Below, piece by piece: positions 29,929 through 38,366 of a stretch of DNA of 64,000 nucleotides. How positions within the stretch are numbered: position 1 is the first letter of the stretch; each line of letters opens with the position of its first letter. The stretch is from Gemmatimonadota bacterium. Its GTDB lineage: Bacteria > Gemmatimonadota > Gemmatimonadetes > Gemmatimonadales > GWC2-71-9. Below the pieces are notes generated by a model that did no database searches, had not been told where the DNA came from, and worked only from the letters and a program-made list of their open reading frames with translations. The position numbers and the translations under genes were made by a program. The stretch covers positions 101,375 to 165,374 of the forward strand of contig JAZDCZ010000324.1 of assembly GCA_036679605.1 (NCBI GenBank), read 5' to 3'.

Positions 29929-31787
29929 TGGCAAGCGGACTGGGACGTTTCCAGAATCCTGCTTTCGTGGCCTGCCTAGTGAGTGCAGCGGCGGCCGTAG
30001 TAGTCACACTTCCATCGGTCACCAATGGGTTCGTGTACGACGACGTCTGGGTCGTACAGCAGAACGACGTTGTTCACAATCTCCAGTTAAAGGAGTTGTT
30101 GCAGTCCACCTACTGGCCGCAGAACAGGGGAGGGGCGATGTGGCGTCCGGCAGCGCTCGTCGGCTTCGGACTCGAGTGGGCCTTGGGTGGTGGTGGGGCA
30201 ACCATCTTTCACGTTGCTAGCATCGGTCTGTACGGATTGGTGACGGGGTTGGTGGCGTTGTTGGGGGTGCGTTTGTTTTCACCCACAGTGGGGTTGGTCG
30301 GGGGCATACTGTTTGCGGTCCATCCGGTACATGTAGAAGTCACAGCCAACATTGTGGGTCAGGCAGAATTAATAGCCGCAGCGGGATATCTCGTGGCCAT
30401 GCTGGCGATGTGGGAGCGAGGAATCAGAGATGCGACGGGACCAAGAGCGGCCTTGTTGGGAGCTGCGGTTTTGGGATTCGCGATCGGACTAGGTGGCAAG
30501 GAACACGGGTTGACGTTCCCGGGCGCGGTCATGGTTCTGTGGTGGTTAGTGGCTCGGCGCCGCGGATTGAGGTTCAAAGAGATCGTCCGCCGGGAATGGA
30601 TGTCGTTGATACCGGTCGTACTCGTGGCTTTGATCTATCTGGTACTCAGGGCCCAGGTCGTGGGCGAAGCAACGGATGCGGGCGGAATAGCTACGGGCTT
30701 GAGCCGAAGCTCGATTCTAGAGCGATCGATCGTGATGCTGCCGGTTTCGCTAGAGTGGCTAAGGCTGTTGTTCTTTCCGGTTCATCTATCCGCTGACTAC
30801 TCGCCGCTGAAGTTAGTTCCGCAAGCGACATTTGGATTCGATCACGCCATGGCGTTGGTGATGTGGTCGACGATTCTGGCGCTAGTGTGGCTGAAGCGAA
30901 ACAAGGCGACCATGGTTGCAGGAGTGGCGCTGTTTCTGGTGACCATATCGATCACGTCCAATCTGCTTGTTCCTTTGGAGATCCTGCTGGCCGAACGGTT
31001 GTTGTTTCTGCCATCGGTAGGATGGGCGTTCGTGGTTGCCGGAGTAATGGTGCCGGAAATTGGGGCCGAGGGTTCGCGAGGCTCAATGCGACGGCTCGGG
31101 TTCCTCGTTGCTATCGCCGTGGCCCTCTTTGCGGCGCGAAGTGTCTGGCGAGCAACCATCTGGCACGACAACGATCGGTTTTTTGCCCAACTGTTGGAAG
31201 ACGCTCCAGATTCCTTTAGGAGTCATTGGGCACTTGGATGGTTCGCCTTTGAACGCGGAGACTCCGTCGCCGGAGAGCGAGAGACGCGTACGGCGATTCG
31301 GTTGAATCCAGATCACCCGCAACTGCTGGAGGACATGGGCCTCCGCTACGCGGCATCAGATCGCTATGAACCAGCGATCCCCCTGCTTGCTAGGGCAGTG
31401 GCTCTGGACTCCAATCGTCTCTCGTCAGCGCTGCCCCTCGCCGTGTCCCTCGGGCGATCCGGCAGAACCGGCGAGGCCACGCAGGTGCTGAACGCTATGG
31501 CGCGGCTTCACGGAGAGACCAGGGGAATCGCCATCGTCCGGGGCGAGGTTCTGATGAACGCCCAGCAGTTCGACAGCGCGCTAGCGGTACTCGAAATCCT
31601 GATCAGCCGTGAACCGAAGGTCTGGGCGGTGCGGAAGATGGCAGCCGAGGCGGCGGCCCGTGCGGGGAGGTGTGGAACTGCCCTGGCCCAAGCTGACACG
31701 GCCATGGAACTCGCTCCGGAGAGCGAACGAACCAAAATCCAGGCCGATTTCGACAGGGTCGCGAATGGCAAATTGCCTTGCAAATAG
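29928..31787 (+). CDS. TMTC-like GT-C protein with C-terminal TPRs
   Basis: GFVYDD, WRP, HPVHVEVTANIVGQAE, GKE, LFFPVHLSADYS, AERLLFLPS and WHDN match TMTC-family motifs, followed by TPR-like helices. ATG 29928 overlaps the upstream TAA. Confidence 0.78.
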   Translation: MASGLGRFQNPAFVACLVSAAAAVVVTLPSVTNGFVYDDVWVVQQNDVVHNLQLKELLQSTYWPQNRGGAMWRPAALVGFGLEWALGGGGATIFHVASIGLYGLVTGLVALLGVRLFSPTVGLVGGILFAVHPVHVEVTANIVGQAELIAAAGYLVAMLAMWERGIRDATGPRAALLGAAVLGFAIGLGGKEHGLTFPGAVMVLWWLVARRRGLRFKEIVRREWMSLIPVVLVALIYLVLRAQVVGEATDAGGIATGLSRSSILERSIVMLPVSLEWLRLLFFPVHLSADYSPLKLVPQATFGFDHAMALVMWSTILALVWLKRNKATMVAGVALFLVTISITSNLLVPLEILLAERLLFLPSVGWAFVVAGVMVPEIGAEGSRGSMRRLGFLVAIAVALFAARSVWRATIWHDNDRFFAQLLEDAPDSFRSHWALGWFAFERGDSVAGERETRTAIRLNPDHPQLLEDMGLRYAASDRYEPAIPLLARAVALDSNRLSSALPLAVSLGRSGRTGEATQVLNAMARLHGETRGIAIVRGEVLMNAQQFDSALAVLEILISREPKVWAVRKMAAEAAARAGRCGTALAQADTAMELAPESERTKIQADFDRVANGKLPCK

Positions 31788-31877
31788 CCGTGAAGACTCC
31801 ATCTTTTGGCGACTTATGCGCCCCACCATCTTGCCTAACACCTTGTCCAATAATCACTTACATGATGCAGTCACATG

Positions 31878-31893
31878 TGGCATGCCGGTTGCA
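31878..31893 (+). promoter_or_regulatory. Sigma54 (-24/-12) promoter of the pilin gene
   Basis: TGGCAT-GCCGG-TTGCA with exact GG-N10-GC spacing, 64 nt before the pilin ATG. Confidence 0.85.
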
Positions 31894-31957
31894 CTTCGTC
31901 GTCGCAGTCAATGCCCCGGAACGGGCGGATGGGCACTCACTCCACGGGAGGTAGTAG

Positions 31958-32353
31958 ATGCTTCGCAGCAAAAAGGGTTTCACTCTGATTGAGCTTCTGA
32001 TCGTAGTCGTCATCATCGGCATCTTGGCCGCTATCGCGATCCCGAAGTTCGCCGGTACCAAGTCAAAGGCCTACATGGCCGCCATGAAGACCGACCTCAA
32101 GAACTTCGTGCTTGCCGAAGAGTCGTACTTCACGGACTACAACACGTATGGCACGGTCACCCAGGTCAAGGCTGACAGTCTCTTCAACGCGACGAAGGAC
32201 GTCAACCTTACGGGCGGTGCTAGCTCACTGGTGGGATGGGCCGCCACGGCCACTCATGCCGGTGCTCCCGGTAAGACGTGCGGCGTCTTCGTGGGCAGTG
32301 CAGCGGCGCCGAATGGGGCGGTCACCAACGAGGGCGAGGTTGGGTGCTGGTAA
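31958..32353 (+). CDS. pilA: Type IVa major pilin
   Basis: Class III signal KKG|FTLIELLIVVVIIGILAAIAIPKF; C-terminal Cys pair; sigma54 promoter; GGAGGT SD. Confidence 0.9.
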   Translation: MLRSKKGFTLIELLIVVVIIGILAAIAIPKFAGTKSKAYMAAMKTDLKNFVLAEESYFTDYNTYGTVTQVKADSLFNATKDVNLTGGASSLVGWAATATHAGAPGKTCGVFVGSAAAPNGAVTNEGEVGCW

Positions 32354-32396
32354 CCGCTAGGTAGCCTCTGTATTTCTTAGTACGTGCACCTGAGTT

Positions 32397-32436
32397 GCTG
32401 CGCCGGATGAGATTTGGACATATCATCCGGCGCAGC
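32397..32436 (+). repeat. 14-bp perfect inverted repeat between the two pilin genes
   Basis: GCTGCGCCGGATGA / TCATCCGGCGCAGC with a 12-nt loop and no U-tract. Confidence 0.8.
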
Positions 32437-32458
32437 GTTCAGAAAGGAGGGATGCAGA

Positions 32459-32842
32459 ATGGATCGACGCGGCTTCACATTGATTGAACTCTTGATAGTC
32501 GTTGTGATCATCGGAATTCTAGCCGCTGTCGCTATACCGAAATTTGCATCGACCAAGGGCAAGGCCTACGTCGCCACCATGAAGACCGATCTCAAGAACC
32601 TGTCTAGTGCTCAGGAGAGCTACTATTACGACAACACGCGGTATTACAACGGAACGGTGCCGGACGCTGCGTTTGATTACGCGCCTACCAAGAATGTCAA
32701 TATCACGATGATAAGTGGCGACATCGCCGGCTGGTCGGCGACGGCCACCTACACCGGCCTTGCCACCACGTGTGCAATCTTCATAGGAACGGCTGCGGCG
32801 CCATCGCCTGCCACCCAGTCAGGGAGTCCCGCCTGTAACTAG
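32459..32842 (+). CDS. Second type IVa pilin (pilA paralog)
   Basis: RRG|FTLIELLIVVVIIGILAAVAIPKF; shares KAY..MKTDLKN...ESY with the first pilin; AGGAGG SD. Confidence 0.88.
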   Translation: MDRRGFTLIELLIVVVIIGILAAVAIPKFASTKGKAYVATMKTDLKNLSSAQESYYYDNTRYYNGTVPDAAFDYAPTKNVNITMISGDIAGWSATATYTGLATTCAIFIGTAAAPSPATQSGSPACN

Positions 32843-33032
32843 TTGGGTCTCCAACGCACACCTTCCCCAATGCATTCAATAATCAGGACAAACCATCCCG
32901 GAGGCCCAGCCCCCGTCGGTTTCGTACAAATGGGCTCCTCGATGCAAGAATTCGGTTAGGTACCTCGCCGCAAGGAGCGGTAACATAGCCAATCAAAGTT
33001 GGCCGGCCGATTCTTGGGAGGGGGAGTGTCAG

Positions 33033-33380
33033 ATGATACGCAACAGCGATGGGTTCACGCTCATCGAGGTCATAGTAGCCATCTTCTTGTTGACGCTAGG
33101 ACTGCTGGGTTTCCTTTCGAGCGCGGCGCCAATCGCTCGCATGGCTGCCGAGGGTCGCGGCTACACCAAGGAGAGTGCCTGGGTCGCGACTCAAATCGAG
33201 GCGCGGCGAAGTCTGGGTTGTTCGGGAATCGCCGGAGGAATTTGGAGTGAAGACGGTTTGAGCGGAGTCTGGTCGCTGGGGAGCGCCAACAATGGCATCG
33301 TAGATGGTCAGGTGATTGTGCGCAACGTGATGTGGTCTCGGGCGAAAATCGACACGTTTGCAATGACCATTCCCTGTTGA
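33033..33380 (+). CDS. Minor pilin, PilV-like
   Basis: G|FTLIEVIVAIFLLTLGLLG; small; first of three minor pilins. Confidence 0.78.
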   Translation: MIRNSDGFTLIEVIVAIFLLTLGLLGFLSSAAPIARMAAEGRGYTKESAWVATQIEARRSLGCSGIAGGIWSEDGLSGVWSLGSANNGIVDGQVIVRNVMWSRAKIDTFAMTIPC

Positions 33381-33388
33381 ATTGCACC

Positions 33389-34249
33389 ATGAACCGGCAC
33401 GGATTTACGCTCATAGAGATGGTTGTTTCGCTCACGTTGGTGTCGCTGGTAGCAGCCGCGGTTGGGGGAGTAGTAGTGACGGTACAAAGGTTTTACCGCG
33501 AACAGGCTGAGCGGGCTGCCATCAGTGCAAACCTTCGAGAGGGCGTATCAGCGCTCGAGATGGATTTGCGCGGACTAGACGCGGTAGACTCCCTGGGAAG
33601 CGAGCTAATCCGGATGGAGCAGACGTCGCTGACCGTCATGGTAACGAGGAGCGTTTCGTTCCTTTGCGAGAGTCCGGATCTGACTCGCTCACAACTAAAG
33701 ATAGGCCGCAAGCCGATTCTCGGCCTCCGTCTACTCGATCCCGCGAGAGATTCGCTTCTTATCTGGGCCCGAGCCGGCGCTGACAGCCAACCTGACAATG
33801 TGTGGCTACGTGCGGATGTCCATTCGGTTAGTTATGGCAGAGTGTGCCCGGGGAATTCTCCGGGAATCGCCGTGGGTCTAGGTGGGGTGAGTGCGACAGA
33901 GCTAGCCGGTGCACGGTTGGGGACGGTTGTGAGAGCGTACCAGCAGATTCGTTATCTGCTTTATCGCAGTGCCGACGGAAGGTGGTGGCTCGGGGCCCGA
34001 GAGTGGAAGAAAGGGCTGGGCTGGACCACCACCCAACCAATCGCTGGTCCTTTGGCGCTGAGGGGTCTCAGGTTCAAGTACTTCGATGCCACAGGCAGCC
34101 AGACTGCAAGACCCGAACGAGTTGTGGCAATCGGTGTTACCCTCGTGGGCGTGGGCACGAGTAGAGTCAAGCGGGCACTAGGCGGTGCGGAGGTGCTGCA
34201 GGATTCACTTATCACGCTCATAGCGCTCCGCAACAACCCGCGGCGATGA
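33389..34249 (+). CDS. Minor pilin, PilW-like
   Basis: HG|FTLIEMVVSL, long globular domain, C-terminal IALRN. Confidence 0.78.
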   Translation: MNRHGFTLIEMVVSLTLVSLVAAAVGGVVVTVQRFYREQAERAAISANLREGVSALEMDLRGLDAVDSLGSELIRMEQTSLTVMVTRSVSFLCESPDLTRSQLKIGRKPILGLRLLDPARDSLLIWARAGADSQPDNVWLRADVHSVSYGRVCPGNSPGIAVGLGGVSATELAGARLGTVVRAYQQIRYLLYRSADGRWWLGAREWKKGLGWTTTQPIAGPLALRGLRFKYFDATGSQTARPERVVAIGVTLVGVGTSRVKRALGGAEVLQDSLITLIALRNNPRR

Positions 34250-34252
34250 TCG

Positions 34253-35395
34253 ATGGCTCGGACTGAAAACAGAAGTGCCCGTTGTCGGAAGCAGTCTGGG
34301 GCGGCCCTCGTCCTTACGATCTTCGCTTTGTTTCTGGTGGGGGCTCTCCTGAGCATGAGCCTCTTGATTGGCCTCACGGAACACCAAATCGGTCGTAATC
34401 TCATACAATTGAAACAGTCCTTTTCTGCTGCTGAATGGGGACTTCTCGAGCCGGCGCGTCGATGGAACCCGGTGGTCCATAACAGATTGAGAATTGGGGA
34501 GAGCCTTGCGTTCTCGGGTCGGATTGGTGCTGGGCCCGGGCAGTTTCGAGCCGACCTTACGAGAACGAGCGAACTGTTGTTCCTGGTTCTCTCGGAGGGT
34601 TCGAGTGGTGTAGGCACGGGCAACCAGAGACTCGGGGCATTGCTGCAAATCGATCCTCTCAACTTTACCGCTCGAGCGGCTCTTACCACCGCTGTACAAA
34701 CCGAAGTAGATCAGTGGTCACAGATCGACGGTTCCGATCAAGCTCCGTTTGGCTGGATCTGTCCTCCGGACGCGTCTAGCCTACCGGCAATCCGAGTACC
34801 CTTTGCCGATTCCTCGACAGCCCAGGTGGTTGGGTGTCTGAGCAGCAGCTGCGTGAGCGGCAGCCCACCGATGATTGTTGACTCGACTTTGGTAGGATCG
34901 ATACTCGGAGACCTGGACGGAATCACCCTTGCTGATCTCAAGAGTTTGGCCACGACCGTCATCCCGGGCGGCAGTCTAAGAATCCAGCCGACTGCGCTAA
35001 ATGCGACCTGCATCACCGCGGCCCCAACTAATTGGGGCGACCCTTATGATCGGTCAGGAGCCTGTGGAAACTACTTCCCGCTAGTTTACTCTATGGGTGA
35101 TCTGCAGCTGTTGGAAGGGCGGGGTCAGGGTATTCTCGTGGTCGATGGAAACCTGGCTCTGGAGGCAGGAGTCGAGTACGACGGCGTGATTCTGCTGACG
35201 GGCTCACTGTTGAGTAATGGCGCTCATCTGTTAGGAGCTATTGTCGCGGCAGGGCTATCAGGCAGGCCCAATCAAATCCTTGGCGGCACCGTCGTTCGGT
35301 ACTCCCGGTGTGCCACTCGGCAGGCTCTCGTCGGCTCTGGGCAAGGTTTTTTGCTTCCAGAAAGAGGCTGGCTAATGGGGGTAGAAATCCCGTAA
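34253..35395 (+). CDS. Minor pilin, PilX-like
   Basis: QSG|AALVLTIF lacks Glu5 as PilX/GspK do; SFSAAEWGL. Confidence 0.75.
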   Translation: MARTENRSARCRKQSGAALVLTIFALFLVGALLSMSLLIGLTEHQIGRNLIQLKQSFSAAEWGLLEPARRWNPVVHNRLRIGESLAFSGRIGAGPGQFRADLTRTSELLFLVLSEGSSGVGTGNQRLGALLQIDPLNFTARAALTTAVQTEVDQWSQIDGSDQAPFGWICPPDASSLPAIRVPFADSSTAQVVGCLSSSCVSGSPPMIVDSTLVGSILGDLDGITLADLKSLATTVIPGGSLRIQPTALNATCITAAPTNWGDPYDRSGACGNYFPLVYSMGDLQLLEGRGQGILVVDGNLALEAGVEYDGVILLTGSLLSNGAHLLGAIVAAGLSGRPNQILGGTVVRYSRCATRQALVGSGQGFLLPERGWLMGVEIP

Positions 35396-35445
35396 GTTCT
35401 GGCCAGTCAGCAGGTTGTTGCAGTTGGCTTAAAGTATCTTGGAGC

Positions 35446-35474
35446 TTGACAAACTGGCCGGTCGGCCCTACTGT
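35446..35474 (+). promoter_or_regulatory. Candidate sigma70 promoter for pilMNOPQ
   Basis: TTGACA-N17-TACTGT. Confidence 0.6.
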
Positions 35475-35519
35475 AGTTTGCCTTTGCACCTCACTTATCT
35501 CGTTGATCTGTAGGCAGAT

Positions 35520-36566
35520 ATGGCGCTTTTCGGCTTTGGTGGAAGTAGTAAGACGATCGGTCTGGATATCGGGAGTGGGTTGCTGAAGCTCGTGGTCATC
35601 GACCACAGCAAAGGAGAGCCCACCCTCAGCGGCGTGTCCGTAACTCCAGTTTTGGCCGACGCCATTGTCGAGGGCGAGATCATGGATCCCGGCATCGTGT
35701 CGGAGACAATTCAGGGTCTGTTCAAATCGGCTGGGCTGAAGCAAAAGCGGGTGGTGGTCGCTGTTGGCGGTCGGGATGTGATCATTAAGAAGATCCAGGT
35801 CGACCGAATGAAGGAATCCGAAGCCTTCGAGGTGATTCGTTGGGAGGCCCAGCAGCATGTTCCGTTCGACATTGAGGCTGTCGAACTGGACTTCCAAATC
35901 TTGGACCCCGAGGGCGAGGGCCTCCAGATGGACGTGCTGCTGGTGGCGGCGAAACGAGATCTCGTGGAGGACAAGGTTCAGCTCCTGAGCCAGGCCGGAT
36001 TACAGTCTGCGATTGTGGATGTAGACGCTTTTGCTTTGCACAACGCCTTCGAATTGAACCATCCGGAGGCCATGGAGGGAGTCGTAGCTCTACTGAACAT
36101 TGGACACGAACTCACGAATGTGAACGTTTTGGATGCGGGCATTCCATTGCTGACCAGGGATCTTACCATCGGGACGCGCAAGATTCGTGAAGATCTTCAG
36201 CGGGAGCGCGGTCTTTCCGCCGACGATGCAGACGGCTTGCTCAAGGGCTTTGAGCGGTCGCCTGATCTGGACCCGTTTGTTCAGACCAGAGGAGACGAGA
36301 TTGCCGTCGGTGTGGAGCGAGCGTCTGCCTTTCTCCAATCGGCTAGTCGTGATGCCGGGTCGATACAACGAATCTATTGTTGCGGAGGTGGCGCGCGGAT
36401 TCCCGGACTGACGGAGGTCCTGGGTCAGAAGTTGAAGATGCCCGTGGAGGTGGCGAATCCGATCCAAAGATTGAGTGTAGAGGACGGCGTCTTTGATACG
36501 ATCAACGTCGATGAAGTGGCACCGCTCTTGATGCTGGCTACCGGTCTAGCGCTCAGGACGAACTGA
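35520..36566 (+). CDS. pilM: Type IV pilus assembly protein PilM
   Basis: IGLDIGS, LLVAAK, LNIG, GGGARIPGL, NP, ATGLALR (actin-like fold). Confidence 0.93.
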   Translation: MALFGFGGSSKTIGLDIGSGLLKLVVIDHSKGEPTLSGVSVTPVLADAIVEGEIMDPGIVSETIQGLFKSAGLKQKRVVVAVGGRDVIIKKIQVDRMKESEAFEVIRWEAQQHVPFDIEAVELDFQILDPEGEGLQMDVLLVAAKRDLVEDKVQLLSQAGLQSAIVDVDAFALHNAFELNHPEAMEGVVALLNIGHELTNVNVLDAGIPLLTRDLTIGTRKIREDLQRERGLSADDADGLLKGFERSPDLDPFVQTRGDEIAVGVERASAFLQSASRDAGSIQRIYCCGGGARIPGLTEVLGQKLKMPVEVANPIQRLSVEDGVFDTINVDEVAPLLMLATGLALRTN

Positions 36567-36585
36567 AGCTAAAGGTCACGTTCCG

Positions 36586-37266
36586 ATGATTGAAATCAAC
36601 CTGCTTCCGGGGAAGAAGAAGAAAAAGGCCTCTTCTGGTCTGTCCTTGCCCGACTTCAGCGCGATCGCCGGGAAGATCCGCGATCCCCTGATGTTGGCAG
36701 CGGTTGGATCATGGATGATACTGCTGCCGTTCGTTGGGTACACCTACTACACGGAGGATGCCAACGTTGGAGTTCTGCAGGAGGATTCTACCCGGATCGA
36801 GGGGTTGGCCCGACAATACCGCACCCTCCTCCGAACCAAGCAGCGTCAGGAACGACTACGCGACTCGCTGGTGACGCAACTAGCGTCGATTCGCGATATC
36901 GATTCAGAGCGGTACATCTGGCCGCACATTCTGGAGGAAGTGGCGAAGGCTTTACCAGACTTTACCTGGCTAACAAGCGTGGAATTCATTCCAGCGGCAG
37001 CCCCGGACATCACGGCGGAGGTCGATCAGACAGTCCGGCCGCCGGTGAAGTTCACTATTGCCGGGCGTACGGCGGACATGAGTGGGTACACGAGGTTCAC
37101 TCGCAATCTCGCTAGCTCGCCGTGGATAGCGGATATCCAATTTGGGGCAACGCAGCAGGTTTTGGACAATGACAAGGCAGTGATTTCTTTCACCATCACA
37201 GCCACGTTCCAGGAGGCTGACTCGGCCTTCATCCGAACGGTCCCGCTCGCGGAGCAAGTGCAGTGA
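36586..37266 (+). CDS. pilN: Type IV pilus assembly protein PilN
   Basis: MIEINLLP PilM-binding motif, TM segment, LPDFTWL. Confidence 0.9.
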   Translation: MIEINLLPGKKKKKASSGLSLPDFSAIAGKIRDPLMLAAVGSWMILLPFVGYTYYTEDANVGVLQEDSTRIEGLARQYRTLLRTKQRQERLRDSLVTQLASIRDIDSERYIWPHILEEVAKALPDFTWLTSVEFIPAAAPDITAEVDQTVRPPVKFTIAGRTADMSGYTRFTRNLASSPWIADIQFGATQQVLDNDKAVISFTITATFQEADSAFIRTVPLAEQVQ

Positions 37267-37282
37267 GGAGGGCGTCCAAGAC

Positions 37283-37897
37283 ATGGCTATGACAGCCAAG
37301 GATCGACAGACACTGCTCGTTGTGGCAGTCATCGCGGCGATAGGCGGAGGAGTTGCATTCTGGATGTTATGGAGGGGGCCGGCAATTCAGCAGCAAACCG
37401 AACTTCGGATCCGCAACGATTCTTTGCAGGCAAGGGTGGACTCGGCGCGCAGTGCTCTTGCCGAAGGCACGGTAGAGAGCATCCGCCAACGAGTGAAAGA
37501 CTTTGAAGTAACTCTCGACCGGATGTCACAACTGGTACCGACAGGTGAGAGCGAAGTTGCAACACTGATCGATAACATTTCGGACGGAGCAAAGAGGAAC
37601 GGAGTAAAGGTGGGGGAGTTCAACCCGCTGGCGGTGGAAACAGGCGCAACGTTCGACATTCATCGCTCTCGTTGGACCGTTTATGGTTATTACAACGATC
37701 TTGGTGTGCTGATGTCTGACATCGCCGGACTGCCCAGAATCATGGTGCCGTACGATCTCTCGCTGACCCTCGCAACGGCGGCAAACCAACGTAGTCTCGG
37801 CGATACGACTGGCAGTATCGTGCAGGCTCGGTTTCAAATCAGGACCTATGTGAAGCGACGAACTCAGCCGGCCCCGGGAGGTTCAGGTGGCGGCTAA
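37283..37897 (+). CDS. pilO: Type IV pilus assembly protein PilO
   Basis: N-terminal TM, coiled coil, GYYNDLG...LPRI; gene order. Confidence 0.85.
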   Translation: MAMTAKDRQTLLVVAVIAAIGGGVAFWMLWRGPAIQQQTELRIRNDSLQARVDSARSALAEGTVESIRQRVKDFEVTLDRMSQLVPTGESEVATLIDNISDGAKRNGVKVGEFNPLAVETGATFDIHRSRWTVYGYYNDLGVLMSDIAGLPRIMVPYDLSLTLATAANQRSLGDTTGSIVQARFQIRTYVKRRTQPAPGGSGGG

Positions 37898-38366
37898 AGG
37901 AATTATTGTGATTTCTCTGTGTGGCTGGCTTGCATTGGGGTGTGGAGGCGAAGAGGCTGAGCAATCTGGAGCCGAGAGCCTGGTACCGCCACCGCCCGTT
38001 ACCGATACCACGTCGGTTCAGTCGAGGCAGACGGAACTGCAGCGAGAGGTCTTCTCGTATCGTGGATCCGGTAGAAACCCATTTGTTTCGTTGATCCAGT
38101 CGGGCGAGGTGCGCCCGCTGATAGAGGATCTCCGTGTGACGAGCATTACCTACGATCCGAGGTATCCGGCCACCAGCGTAGCGGTGCTGCGAGACACCAG
38201 TGCCGCCGGTGAGAACCAGGCCTACGCAGTGCGTGTGGGAGATGAGTTGGGCCGCATGCGGGTGGCGGAAATTACGCCGGGTCAGGTAGTGTTGATCGTC
38301 TCTGAATTTGGAATGGACCGTCAAGTAGTATTGCGCCAGAGGCGCAGGCAGGAGGGAATGCCATGA
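37887..38366 (+). CDS. pilP: PilP-like lipoprotein
   Basis: Lipobox LALGC, RNPF, VRVGDELG; lies between pilO and pilQ. Confidence 0.75.
   Translation: MAAKGIIVISLCGWLALGCGGEEAEQSGAESLVPPPPVTDTTSVQSRQTELQREVFSYRGSGRNPFVSLIQSGEVRPLIEDLRVTSITYDPRYPATSVAVLRDTSAAGENQAYAVRVGDELGRMRVAEITPGQVVLIVSEFGMDRQVVLRQRRRQEGMP

Noticed and set aside
32397..32436. REP element (GCCGGATG...CATCCGGC resembles enterobacterial REPs)
   Set aside because: Single copy in 64 kb and no associated transposase; treated as a local hairpin.
32884..32940. Canonical c-di-GMP-I / cGAMP riboswitch starting at GGACAAACCATCC
   Set aside because: Only the first few bases resemble the consensus; the GNRA-capped P2 and the following conserved segment are absent.
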